A stretch of DNA of 34,836 nucleotides from Actinomycetes bacterium (GCA_036380775.1 DASVED010000313.1:1-34836), one strand, 5' to 3'. Positions 22,809-31,553 are shown, counted from the stretch's first letter. Notes: a model not told the origin generated them from the sequence alone. A program made the numbers and translations.

Positions 22809-24494
22809 GTGAGCCATCCACACCCCGAGCTGGGTACCCCTCCGAAGCTGGCCGAGGGCGCGCTGCGGGTCGTGGGGCTGGGCGGGCTCGGCGAGGTCGG
22901 CCGCAACATGACGGTCTTCGAGCACGCCGGCCGGCTGCTGGTCGTGGACTGCGGCGTGCTGTTCCCCGAGGAGACCCAGCCCGGGGTCGACGTGATCCTT
23001 CCCGACTTCACCTGGATCAGGGACCGGCTGGACAAGGTCGAGGCGATCGTCCTGACCCACGGGCACGAGGACCACATCGGCGGCGTCCCGTACCTGCTGC
23101 GCGAGCGGGCCGACATCCCGGTCGTCGGCTCCAAGCTGACGTTGGCCTTTCTCGAGGCGAAGCTCAAGGAGCACCGGATCAAGCCGGTGACCGTCGAGGT
23201 CAGCGAGGGCCGCCGCGAGCGGCTCGGCCCGTTCGACTGTGAGTTCGTGGCCGTCAACCACTCCATCCCGGACGGGCTGGCCGTCGCCATCAGGACCACG
23301 GCGGCGCTGGTGCTGCACACCGGTGACTTCAAGATGGACCAGTTCCCGCTCGACGACCGCATCACCGACCTGCGCGCCTTCGCCCGGCTGGGCGAGGAGG
23401 GGGTCGACCTGTTCCTCACCGACTCGACCAACGCCGAGGTCCCCGGCTTCACCACCTCGGAGCGCGAGCTGTCGACGGCCATCGACGAGGTGTTCCGGAC
23501 CGCGCCGCGCCGCGTCATCGTCTCCAGCTTCGCCAGTCATGTGCACCGCATCCAGCAGGTCCTCGACGCTGCTCACCACCACGGCCGCAAGGCCGCCTTC
23601 GTGGGCAGGTCGATGGTGCGCAACATGGGCATCGCCCGCGACCTGGGGTACCTGAAGATCCCCAAGGGCCTGGTGGTCGACCTCAAGGTGCTCGAGAAGC
23701 TGCCGGACGACAAGATCGTGCTGATCTGCACCGGCTCGCAGGGCGAGCCGATGGCGGCGTTGTCGCGAATGGCCAACCGCGACCACATGATCCGCGTGGG
23801 CAAAGGCGACACGGTGCTGCTCGCCAGCTCGCTGATCCCAGGCAACGAGAACGCCATCTACCGGGTCATCAACGCTCTCACGCGGTGGGGCGCCAACGTG
23901 GTGCACAAGGGCAACGCCAAGGTGCACGTCTCCGGCCACGCCAGCGCCGGCGAGCTGGTCTACTGCTACAACATCGTCCGGCCCTCGAACGTCATGCCGG
24001 TCCACGGCGAGTGGCGGCACCTCACGGCGAACGGTGCGCTGGCCGTCCGCACCGGTGTTCCTGCCGAGAACGTCGTGATCGCCGACGACGGTGTCGTCGT
24101 CGACCTGGTCGACGGGCGCGCCAAGATCACCGGCAAGGTGCCGGCCGGACTGGTGTACGTCGACGGGATGACCGTGGGCGGCGCGACCGAGGCCTCCCTC
24201 AAGGACCGGCGCACGCTCGCCCAGGAGGGGTTCATCACCGTGGTGCTGCTCGTGGACGCGGACACCGGCCAGCTCACCGAGCCGCCGGACTTCCTGGCTC
24301 GCGGATTCGTGCACGACGAGTCGACCTTCGACACCGTCGTGCCCTTCATCGAGAAGGCGCTGGCCAAGGCAGCCGACGAGGGCATCGGCGAGCAGCACCA
24401 GCTCGAGCAGCTGGTGCACCGCACCATCAGCCGGTGGGCACACGACACCTACCGGCGCAGCCCGGTGATCCTCCCCATCATCATCGACGCCTAG
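22809..24494 (+). CDS. rnj: Ribonuclease J
   Basis: GTG 22809 gives MSHPHPELGTPPKL...GLGGLGEVGRNMTVFEH...LTHGHEDHIGGVPYLL...HVSGHASAGEL, the MBL plus beta-CASP RNase J pattern. The track start 22401 is a spurious extension. Confidence 0.9.
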   Translation: MSHPHPELGTPPKLAEGALRVVGLGGLGEVGRNMTVFEHAGRLLVVDCGVLFPEETQPGVDVILPDFTWIRDRLDKVEAIVLTHGHEDHIGGVPYLLRERADIPVVGSKLTLAFLEAKLKEHRIKPVTVEVSEGRRERLGPFDCEFVAVNHSIPDGLAVAIRTTAALVLHTGDFKMDQFPLDDRITDLRAFARLGEEGVDLFLTDSTNAEVPGFTTSERELSTAIDEVFRTAPRRVIVSSFASHVHRIQQVLDAAHHHGRKAAFVGRSMVRNMGIARDLGYLKIPKGLVVDLKVLEKLPDDKIVLICTGSQGEPMAALSRMANRDHMIRVGKGDTVLLASSLIPGNENAIYRVINALTRWGANVVHKGNAKVHVSGHASAGELVYCYNIVRPSNVMPVHGEWRHLTANGALAVRTGVPAENVVIADDGVVVDLVDGRAKITGKVPAGLVYVDGMTVGGATEASLKDRRTLAQEGFITVVLLVDADTGQLTEPPDFLARGFVHDESTFDTVVPFIEKALAKAADEGIGEQHQLEQLVHRTISRWAHDTYRRSPVILPIIIDA

Positions 24495-24510
24495 AGGACA
24501 TGGTTCAGCT

Positions 24511-25422
24511 ATGGCGTCCTCCCCCACCGGCACCCAGCACGAGCTGACCCACGGAGACCAGGTCGCTGTCGTCACCGAGATGGGAGCGACGCTGCGCACC
24601 TACGAGGTGGGTGGACGACCGGTCATCGCCGGGTTCCCCGAAACCCATCGCCCCGACGGCGGGCGCGGCCAGGTCCTGGCGCCCTGGCCGAACCGGATCC
24701 GGGACGGCCGCTACTCCTTCGGCGGCGAAGAGCACCAGCTCGGCCTGACCGAGGTGCCGAAGCGCAACGCCATTCACGGGCTGGTCCGGTGGACCGGCTG
24801 GCAGCTGGCGGAGCGGGGCGTGGACCGAGTGTCGTTGACGACCACGGTGTGGCCGCAGACCGGCTACCCGTTCCTCGTCCGGCTGCGCGCGACGTACCGG
24901 CTCGGCGACGACGGGCTGGACGTCGCGCTGCACGCGCGCAACGACGGGGATCGGGCCGCGCCGTATGGCGTCGGCCACCATCCCTACCTCACGGTGGGGA
25001 CTGCCGTGGACGCCGCCGTTCTCACCCTGCCCGCGGGGCAGCGGCTCGTGGCGGACGACCGCGGCATCCCGGTGGCCGTCGAGGCGGTCGATCGCACCGC
25101 GTACGACTTCCGAACCTCTCGCGCGATCGGCGACCTGGTGATCGACGATGCGTACGTCGGCCTGGGACGCGGCAGCGACGGCCGGGTCCGGGTGACGCTG
25201 GAGGACAGCTCGGGTCACGGCCTCGAGATGTGGGCCGACGAGGCGGCCAGGTGCCTCCAGGTCTTCACCGGGGACACGCTGCCGGACCCGGCCCTGCGAC
25301 GGCAGTCCCTCGCGGTCGAGCCGATGTCCTGCCCGGCGGGGGCGTTCGACACCGGAGCGGACCTGGTGACGCTGCAGCCAGGTGCGGAGCACGAGCTCAC
25401 GTGGGGCGTCCACAGCTGGTAG
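24511..25422 (+). CDS. Aldose 1-epimerase (galactose mutarotase-like) family protein
   Basis: LAPWPNRIRDGRYSFGGEEHQLGLTE...NAIHGLVRW...YGVGHHPYL...LAVEPMSCPAGAF, the family pattern. Confidence 0.8.
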   Translation: MASSPTGTQHELTHGDQVAVVTEMGATLRTYEVGGRPVIAGFPETHRPDGGRGQVLAPWPNRIRDGRYSFGGEEHQLGLTEVPKRNAIHGLVRWTGWQLAERGVDRVSLTTTVWPQTGYPFLVRLRATYRLGDDGLDVALHARNDGDRAAPYGVGHHPYLTVGTAVDAAVLTLPAGQRLVADDRGIPVAVEAVDRTAYDFRTSRAIGDLVIDDAYVGLGRGSDGRVRVTLEDSSGHGLEMWADEAARCLQVFTGDTLPDPALRRQSLAVEPMSCPAGAFDTGADLVTLQPGAEHELTWGVHSW

Positions 25423-25439
25423 GGACGGCATGGACACGA

Positions 25440-25637
25440 GGGGCAGATATGTCCTAGCGTGGGTCCCGGTTGGAAGTTGTGAGTGCCTCGTAGTCTTGAA
25501 CGCCCGGCCGTCCATCGGTCGGGCGTCTCTTGTGAGACGGCCCTGACGCTGTCAGGACCCGGAGAGGGAGCGCGATCTGACGACCCGGTCGCCGCGAAGT
25601 GCGACGGCCGAACTTCGTTTCCTCCGGAGGAGAAACA
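25440..25637 (+). promoter_or_regulatory. Long leader / promoter region of the cold-shock gene
   Basis: About 200 nt of lower-GC non-coding sequence before the GGAGGAG SD. Long structured 5' UTRs are typical of csp genes. No specific element was identified. Confidence 0.3.
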
Positions 25638-25841
25638 GTGGCACAGGGAACCGTCAAGTGGTTCAACGCCGAAAAGGGCTTCGGCTTCATCGCCCAGGAC
25701 GGCGGCGGCCCCGATGTCTTCGTGCACTTCTCGGCCATCCAGGCCGACGGATACCGCTCGCTGGACGAGAACCAGCGCGTGGAGTTCGAGGTCACGCAGG
25801 GCCAGCGCGGCCCGCAGGCCGACCAGGTGCGCCCCATCTGA
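25638..25841 (+). CDS. cspA: Cold-shock protein (CspA family)
   Basis: GTG 25638 after [42 protein letters not shown] carries the RNP1/RNP2 motifs. Confidence 0.92.
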   Translation: MAQGTVKWFNAEKGFGFIAQDGGGPDVFVHFSAIQADGYRSLDENQRVEFEVTQGQRGPQADQVRPI

Positions 25842-25861
25842 CACCGGTTGCTCCGGTCGAG

Positions 25862-25889
25862 CGCCCGGTCCCCCTCGAGGGGCCGGGCG
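25862..25889 (+). terminator. Hairpin terminator candidate after cspA
   Basis: CGCCCGGTCCCC...GGGGCCGGGCG forms a stem with one bulge, followed by TTCGCCTTTGCC. Confidence 0.5.
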
Positions 25890-26026
25890 TTCGCCTTTGC
25901 CGGGGTTTTGCTGACGGGTCCTCAAGGCCCCGGACTAGTCCGGTCGATACATGTCACGTAGTTCCTTTTGGTCATCCGACCGCCGCACCTGGCGCCCGGG
26001 GGCAACGAGACCTGGAGGCTCGACCG

Positions 26027-26221
26027 ATGAGCAGCACCACCGCCACGACCGCCACGACCGTCACGACCGATGCGACCGGCCCCGACGAGGCCGTCATGAC
26101 CCTCCTGCACGACCACGTCCCGCTGGCTCTGCTATGCGACCTCAGCGCACCGGAAGGGCCGGAGTCGGCCGCGATCCTCGCCACCGAGGGCGCGCCCGAG
26201 ACCCGCTGGTGGGAGCAGTAG
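26027..26221 (+). CDS. Small hypothetical protein (64 aa) with Thr/Ala-rich N-terminus
   Basis: ATG 26027 with GGAGG 9 nt upstream. MSSTTATTATTVTTDATGPDEAVMTLLHDHVPLALLCDLSAPEGPES...TRWWEQ. High third-position G/C. Confidence 0.55.
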   Translation: MSSTTATTATTVTTDATGPDEAVMTLLHDHVPLALLCDLSAPEGPESAAILATEGAPETRWWEQ

Positions 26222-26262
26222 GCGACCGCTCGGCGTGAGGGCGCGCTCGTTACCGTTTGCGC

Positions 26263-27057
26263 GTGCCCGAGGGTCATACCGTCCATCGCAACGCGCGAGA
26301 GCACCGTGCGCGGTTCGGGGGCGTGCCGCTGTCCGTGACGAGCCCCCAGGGCCGGTTCGCCGAGGGCGCCGCGCTGCTCGACGGCTTCCCGCTGGACGCC
26401 ACGGACGCCTACGGCAAGCACCTGTTCCTCGGCTTCCCCGGGGACCGATGGCTGCATGTGCACCTCGGTCTCTACGGGTCCTGGACGTTCGGCCCCTCGC
26501 CCGCGCCGCCCGCCCGGGGCGCGCTACGGCTGCGGCTCGAGGGCAACGGCTCCTACGCGGACCTGCGCGGCCCGACAGCCTGCGAGGTCTGGACCCCGGT
26601 CGAGAAGTCCGTCCTGCAGGCCCGGCTCGGTCCGGACCCGCTGCGCCGGCGCCCGTCCGGCGAACGTGGGTGGGAGCGGTTGTCCAGGAGCCGTACGCCG
26701 GTGGGCCAGCTGCTGATGGACCAGTCCGTCGTCGCAGGGGTCGGGAACGTGTACCGCGCCGAGATCCTGTTCCGAGCGGCCGTCTCGCCGTACCGCGCGG
26801 GCAACCTGGTGCTGCGCTCGGAGTGGGACGGCCTGTGGGCCGACCTGGTGGCCCTGATGAGGGCAGGGCTGCGGACGGGCCGGATCGTCACGACGCGGCC
26901 GTCGCACCGGTCGCGCGGCGGCAGGATCCGGCAGGAGGACGCTCAGTACGTCTACCGTCGTACCGGCCTGCCCTGCCGGGTCTGCGGGACACCGGTCGCC
27001 ACCGAGCCGATGGCGGGCCGCAACCTGTTCTGGTGCCCGTCCTGCCAGGCCGCCTGA
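26263..27057 (+). CDS. nei: Fpg/Nei-family DNA glycosylase (endonuclease VIII-like)
   Basis: GTG 26263 gives M-PEGHTVHR (catalytic N-terminal Pro). H2TH region LMDQSVVAGVGNVYRAEILF. C-terminal zinc finger CRVCGTPV...FWCPSCQ. Confidence 0.88.
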   Translation: MPEGHTVHRNAREHRARFGGVPLSVTSPQGRFAEGAALLDGFPLDATDAYGKHLFLGFPGDRWLHVHLGLYGSWTFGPSPAPPARGALRLRLEGNGSYADLRGPTACEVWTPVEKSVLQARLGPDPLRRRPSGERGWERLSRSRTPVGQLLMDQSVVAGVGNVYRAEILFRAAVSPYRAGNLVLRSEWDGLWADLVALMRAGLRTGRIVTTRPSHRSRGGRIRQEDAQYVYRRTGLPCRVCGTPVATEPMAGRNLFWCPSCQAA

Positions 27058-27149
27058 CCGAGCGCAGCGACGTGATCCGACCCGCAGTGCGTGGCCGTGA
27101 CCGATCGGGGGTATGGCTCGTTCATCCGGGCGAGGTCTGGAGGAGGACG

Positions 27150-27431
27150 ATGGCCACGCACACCGACGAGGAGCTGGCGCTACTCGGGGTCCTGGCGACC
27201 GGGTTCGAGTCGCGGCAGCAGCAGACGAACGGACTGCACATCGGCGAGACCGCCGGTCGGCGGGCCCACGCGATGGTCCTCGACCTGCAGCGCCGGGTGG
27301 AGGACGCCGAGGGACCGGGCACCGCGCCGGCAGAGACCCGGGGGGCTGGTCGACCCAGCGGGCGCGGCCTGCTGTTGCTCGTCCCGGTTCTTGCGCTGGC
27401 GGCGTTGATCGTCGTGCTGCTGCTCCGGTAG
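27150..27431 (+). CDS. Hypothetical protein with C-terminal membrane anchor (93 aa)
   Basis: ATG 27150 directly after GGAGGAGGA. The C-terminus GLLLLVPVLALAALIVVLLL is hydrophobic. Confidence 0.55.
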   Translation: MATHTDEELALLGVLATGFESRQQQTNGLHIGETAGRRAHAMVLDLQRRVEDAEGPGTAPAETRGAGRPSGRGLLLLVPVLALAALIVVLLLR

Positions 27432-27440
27432 CTGGGCGCC

Positions 27441-28103
27441 TCATGCCCCCTGCCGACGCGTTCGGCGGGCCCCCTCCACCATGGCCGTAGCGACGTCGCG
27501 CAGCTTGCGATTGGTGCGCTGCGAGTGATCCGAGAGCATCTGGAAAGCCTCGTCGGGAGAGCATCCGTGGGCCCCGATCAGCATTCCCTTGGCCTGCTCG
27601 ATCACGGAGCGAGTCTCCATGGCCTGACGCATCTGGTCCGCGAGCTGGACGGCCTTGGACTCGATCCTGGCGGTCACAGCCGCTGCTTCCGTTGCGCTGT
27701 CGTCAGCGACGTCCTGAGCGACGCCGATGACTCCGACGACGCGCCCGTCGGCGATGATCGGGGTGTCGGTGATGCGCACCACGGCCGTGGCGCCACCCTG
27801 GCAGCGGACCCGGAAGTGACCGCTCCAGCGGTGACCCGCCAGCACGCTGGACATGATCTCCGCGGCCGGCAGTTGGTCGACGGGCTCCACGAGGAGCGCC
27901 ATGACGTTCGACCCCAGCATCTGCTCTCTCGTGTATCCGTACAGCTGCTCGGCCGCGCGGTTGAAGTAGAAGATCCTCCCGGCAGTGTCAGTGGCCACCA
28001 CGGCGGCGGGAATGGCATGGAGGAGTGCGGCGTCCTGCACCCATGCCGGGACGTCGACGGACGGGCTGCTCGTGGACCCAGCAACAGCGTGGTTCGGTGT
28101 CAT
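27441..28103 (-). CDS. PAS-ANTAR RNA-binding regulator
   Basis: ATG 28103 with GAGGGA 5 nt upstream. PAS segment: IPAAVVATDTAGRIFYFNRAAEQLYGYTREQMLG. ANTAR segment: RSVIEQAKGMLIGAHGCSPDEAFQMLSDHSQRTNRKLRDVA. The track start 28214 would overlap tRNA-Lys. Confidence 0.85.
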   Translation of the reverse strand: MTPNHAVAGSTSSPSVDVPAWVQDAALLHAIPAAVVATDTAGRIFYFNRAAEQLYGYTREQMLGSNVMALLVEPVDQLPAAEIMSSVLAGHRWSGHFRVRCQGGATAVVRITDTPIIADGRVVGVIGVAQDVADDSATEAAAVTARIESKAVQLADQMRQAMETRSVIEQAKGMLIGAHGCSPDEAFQMLSDHSQRTNRKLRDVATAMVEGARRTRRQGA

Positions 28104-28187
28104 TCGTTCCCTCTGCGTCAGCCAGCCCGCACGCGTCATCGAGATCCGCGTGGCGCCACCTACGCCCTTGACCTGCACATTCGTGAG

Positions 28188-28260
28188 TGCGCCGCGAGGG
28201 ACTTGAACCCCCAACCCGCGGATTAAGAGTCCGCTGCTCTGCCAGTTGAGCTAGCGGCGC
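28188..28260 (-). tRNA. tRNA-Lys: tRNA-Lys (anticodon CTT), CCA not encoded
   Basis: The minus strand reads GCGCCGC-TA-GCTCAACTGGCAGAGC, anticodon stem-loop GCGGA-CTCTTAA-TCCGC, T arm GGGGGTTCAAGTCCCTC, acceptor GCGGCGC-A. Confidence 0.9.
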
Positions 28261-28287
28261 AAGAGCGGACACAGATTATCAGCGGCC

Positions 28288-28319
28288 GGCGGCGGGGGCG
28301 AAACCGAGCCCCCGCCGCC
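28288..28319 (-). terminator. Perfect 12-bp GC hairpin downstream of the sulfatase gene
   Basis: GGCGGCGGGGGC (28288-28299), loop GAAACCGA, GCCCCCGCCGCC (28308-28319). On the minus strand it is followed by a moderately T-containing stretch (CTGATAATCTGT). Confidence 0.5.
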
Positions 28320-28469
28320 TGGACGCCGCGGAGGGTCGCGGATCAGGTCGCCGAGCCATCCCCCGGCCCCTCGGGAGCGCCGGGGTGCAGCGCCGCATGG
28401 GCTCGGTCGTGGAGAAGGTGTCACCGGTGTCTGATTGGCGGCCTCGGCCGCCCTGGCACGGCCTGGGAG

Positions 28470-29903
28470 TCACCAGCTGAACTTCGGCGGCTCCGGGGAG
28501 CAGGCCTCCACCGCCTGGCGGCGCATCGACTGGCGCACGTCGCGCCACGCCTTCCTGTACGCAAGGTTGCGCTGCTCGGCGGGGTCGAGGCGGTAGTCGT
28601 AGAGCTCGCGCTCGCCGGTCGCCCACTGCACGAACATCCGGCTCTTCGTACGCCACCCGCAATAAGCGGGACGCGAGTGGTACCCCTCCATCGCCTCGAG
28701 GACGACACCCTTCCGCCTGGCCGGGCCGAACAGGTTCAGGCCGTCGGTGCTCATGCTGGTGCCTGCTGCCTTGGCGATGGTTCTGGCGAGGTCGACGTTG
28801 AGAGCGATCCGGCTGTCCGTCGCTCCTGCCGGGACGTGCCCGTCCCAGCGGGCCACCATGGGGATGTACGTGGAGTCCTTGTACGGAGTGTCCTTGCCGA
28901 TGATCTTGTGCTCGCCCCAGAAGTAGCCGTTGTCCGACAAGAACAGATACAGCGTGTTGCGGTCGCGTCCGGTGGCGACCAGCGCGTCGTGGATGCCGGC
29001 GACGGCCTCGTCGACCGACAGCAGTGCTTCGTGCTGCTTCTGCCGGGTCCAGTCTGCTTCGGACTTGGTGACGTGCACCCGCGATCGCATCCACTCCGGC
29101 ATGGTCCGCAGCGGCTGGTCCAGCGTCGGCGCCGTGTAGTCGGGCAGCAGGCCACCCATCGCGCCGTCGTGCCGGGGGGCTGGGGTGTAGGGCGAGTGGG
29201 GACCGTAGGGGGCGAAGAAGAGGAACAGCGGCTGGCTCGGCGGCGCCGCGCGGACGAAGTCCACCGCCTTCGAGGCCATCACGTCGGTCGAGTAGTCCTC
29301 TGGCGCGTGACCGTGGAAGGTCCCGTCGTTGAGCAGGTAGTCGTAGTACCTGCCGTGGTTGGACATGAACGTCGAGAAGGTGTCCCAGCCCGGCGGCACG
29401 TAGCCCGCCGGGGCGTGCTTCCCGAAGTAGTTGAGGTACTTGCCGACCATGGCCGTGCTGTACCCGGCCCTCTTCAGCGTGACGGCGATGGTCCGACTCT
29501 CGCTCCCCGTCCGGAAGAACCGCCGCCAGCCGCCATGGCGAGCCCCACCGACGTCGCCGTTGCCGAAGACGCGGGTCGTGTGGGCGTACCGGCCGGTCAG
29601 GATCGTCGCCCGGGACGGGCAGCACAGGGACGTGGGCACCATGGCCTGCGTGTAGCGGGTGCCTTGCTGGACCAGCAGGCGCTGGACCTGCGGCATGTAG
29701 CGCATCGAGTCGCGTCGTTGGTCGTCGGTGAGGATCACGACGACGTTCGGCCGGGGGTCGGTCGCCACCGGCGGGCTGCCCGGCGGAGTCGTCGACGTCG
29801 CGCCCGCCTGCCCCCCGATGGCCAGAGCGGCAGCCATGGCGACGATCAACGACGCGACGGCAGTACGCCCCAAGTAACGGAGGCGTACAGAGCTGACCGG
29901 CAT
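28470..29903 (-). CDS. Secreted type-I sulfatase (formylglycine-dependent)
   Basis: ATG 29903 with GGGGAG 6 nt upstream. Signal-like MPVSSVRLRYLGRTAVASLIVAMAAALAIGGQAGA. NVVVILTDDQR and the C-x-P-x-R box in SLCCPSRATILTGRY. Confidence 0.88.
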   Translation of the reverse strand: MPVSSVRLRYLGRTAVASLIVAMAAALAIGGQAGATSTTPPGSPPVATDPRPNVVVILTDDQRRDSMRYMPQVQRLLVQQGTRYTQAMVPTSLCCPSRATILTGRYAHTTRVFGNGDVGGARHGGWRRFFRTGSESRTIAVTLKRAGYSTAMVGKYLNYFGKHAPAGYVPPGWDTFSTFMSNHGRYYDYLLNDGTFHGHAPEDYSTDVMASKAVDFVRAAPPSQPLFLFFAPYGPHSPYTPAPRHDGAMGGLLPDYTAPTLDQPLRTMPEWMRSRVHVTKSEADWTRQKQHEALLSVDEAVAGIHDALVATGRDRNTLYLFLSDNGYFWGEHKIIGKDTPYKDSTYIPMVARWDGHVPAGATDSRIALNVDLARTIAKAAGTSMSTDGLNLFGPARRKGVVLEAMEGYHSRPAYCGWRTKSRMFVQWATGERELYDYRLDPAEQRNLAYRKAWRDVRQSMRRQAVEACSPEPPKFSW

Positions 29904-30013
29904 GGATCTCCCCGAGATTGTGAGCAGCGGCAAACCGTACGTCGGCAGCGACCTGAAACCGGGACGGACACCCGGGCCTTTGCACGATCGTGACGCGGGT
30001 CAGACGTGAGGCG

Positions 30014-30367
30014 TCAGAGGTAGAGCCCGGTCTGCCCGTCCTGGAGCCGTTCGGACGCCACGGCGTGCAGGTCTCGCTCGCGCAGCAGGACGTAGCTGTG
30101 GCCCCGCACCTCGACCTCTGCCCGGTCCTCGGGGTCGAAGAGCACCCGGTCACCGAGCTCGACGGTCCGGACGTTCGCCCCGACGGCCACCACGATGGCC
30201 CACCCGAGCCGCTTGCCCATCTGAGCCGTGGCCGGGATGACGATGCCTGATGCGGACCGGCGCTCGCCTGGCTCGCCCTCGCTGTCGACCAGCACCCGGT
30301 CGTGCAGCAGTCGGATCGGCGCCGCCCCGAGGCTGCCCCGCTCAGTCGCCGCCGGGGTGTCCGTCAC
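30014..30367 (-). CDS. GroES (Cpn10)-family paralogue
   Basis: IRLLHDRVLVDSEGEPGERRSASGIVIPATAQMGKRLGWAIVVAVGANVRTVELGDRVLF is the GroES pattern. GTG 30367 is the first start after the upstream gene's stop, but it has no clear SD. Confidence 0.7.
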   Translation of the reverse strand: MTDTPAATERGSLGAAPIRLLHDRVLVDSEGEPGERRSASGIVIPATAQMGKRLGWAIVVAVGANVRTVELGDRVLFDPEDRAEVEVRGHSYVLLRERDLHAVASERLQDGQTGLYL

Positions 30368-30434
30368 CTGCGAAACGGTAACGTCAGCCGCGCCGCGCTG
30401 CCCAAGCGGTCCCTGCCGAACGTACCCCTCTGGG

Positions 30435-30731
30435 TCAGCGGCCCCGGCGCCAGAGCACGAGACCCACCGTGCCCCCGACGACGCCGGCCAGCACGGCCAC
30501 CCGATCCGCACGCAGGTTGCCCTGACCGTCGACGAACTTCGACTTCGCCGACTCGAGCGCCCGGCGAAGGACGTTGGCGGGCTTGACCCGCTCGGCGATG
30601 GCGTCCACCGTGCCGGCCAGCCGCGCCCTGGTCCGCTCGATGTCCGCCTCGATCTCCGCGGGGGTGCGGTCGGGGCGCTCCGCGGGGGGGCGTGCCTCGA
30701 GACCTCCTGGCGTCGCGGCGTTCGTCGTCAT
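30435..30731 (-). CDS. DUF3618-like protein with C-terminal membrane anchor
   Basis: RTPAEIEADIERTRARLAGTVDAIAERV is the DUF3618-type motif. The C-terminus RVAVLAGVVGGTVGLVLW is hydrophobic. Confidence 0.7.
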   Translation of the reverse strand: MTTNAATPGGLEARPPAERPDRTPAEIEADIERTRARLAGTVDAIAERVKPANVLRRALESAKSKFVDGQGNLRADRVAVLAGVVGGTVGLVLWRRGR

Positions 30732-30850
30732 CTCAGATACCTCTCATGCGGCGGCTGGATGGTGCATGCCCATGATCCTGGCCCATATGCGCCCGGCCGC
30801 GGGTCGACTCTGCCGCGAACCATCCGGACGGGAAGGTTAGGTTCGCCTCC

Positions 30851-31318
30851 ATGACGAGGCTCGCTCCCGGTGACACAGCACCCGACTTCACTCTCCCCGA
30901 CCCCGACGGGACGCCGGTGTCGTTGTCGTCCTTCGCCGGCCGGAAGGTCGTCGTGTACTTCTATCCGGAAGCCTCGACAACAGGCTGCACCACGCAGGCC
31001 TGCGACTTCCGCGACAACATCGCCTCGCTCCAGTCGGCTGGTTACCAGGTGCTCGGCATCTCGCCCGACGGCCTGGACAAGCAGCGGAAGTTCCGCGACG
31101 AGGAGCATGTGCCGTACCCCTTGCTCTGCGACCCGTCGCGCGAGGTGCTCGAGGCCTATGGCGCATGGGGCGAGAAGAACTCGTACGGCAAGACGGTCAT
31201 CGGTGTCCTCCGCTCCACGTTCGTGATCGACGAGAAGGGCACCGTCGAGCTGGCGATGTACAACGTCAAGGCCACCGGCCACGTCGCCAAGCTGCGCAAG
31301 GACCTCGGCATCGACTGA
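30851..31318 (+). CDS. bcp: Thiol peroxidase Bcp (peroxiredoxin Q)
   Basis: APDFTLPDPDGTPVSLSSFAGRKVVVYFYPEASTTGCTTQACDFRD, with a peroxidatic/resolving Cys pair in C-x4-C spacing. Confidence 0.9.
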   Translation: MTRLAPGDTAPDFTLPDPDGTPVSLSSFAGRKVVVYFYPEASTTGCTTQACDFRDNIASLQSAGYQVLGISPDGLDKQRKFRDEEHVPYPLLCDPSREVLEAYGAWGEKNSYGKTVIGVLRSTFVIDEKGTVELAMYNVKATGHVAKLRKDLGID

Positions 31319-31460
31319 CGGCAGGTCCGGCGACGACCCCCGACCCGGGGTTCGGCGACGTTGCGCACCGATTTCCGGGGTGACACGCCGGGATTCCCGT
31401 CCGTAACGTCGCCGAGGACACCGGACGACTAGGCCGCATCATCACTACGATGGTTGCCGC

Positions 31461-31542
31461 GCGGAAGTGGTGGAATTGGCAGACACTCTGGCTTTAGGTG
31501 CCAGTGCCTTCGGGCGTGGGGGTTCGAGTCCCCCCTTCCGCA
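31461..31542 (+). tRNA. tRNA-Leu: tRNA-Leu (anticodon TAG), long variable arm, CCA not encoded
   Basis: Acceptor GCGGAAG/CTTCCGC, anticodon stem-loop CTGGC-TTTAGGT-GCCAG, variable arm TGCCTTCGGGCGT, T arm GGGGGTTCGAGTCCCCC, discriminator A. Confidence 0.9.
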
Positions 31543-31553
31543 CCCGTACGACC

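Noticed and set aside
26042-26077. Short tandem repeats (9 bp x4 here; 15 bp x2 at 1641-1670) as possible CRISPR or VNTR arrays
   Set aside because: The units are contiguous with no spacers, are in frame with ORFs, and are far too short and few for CRISPR. They are treated as coding microsatellites.
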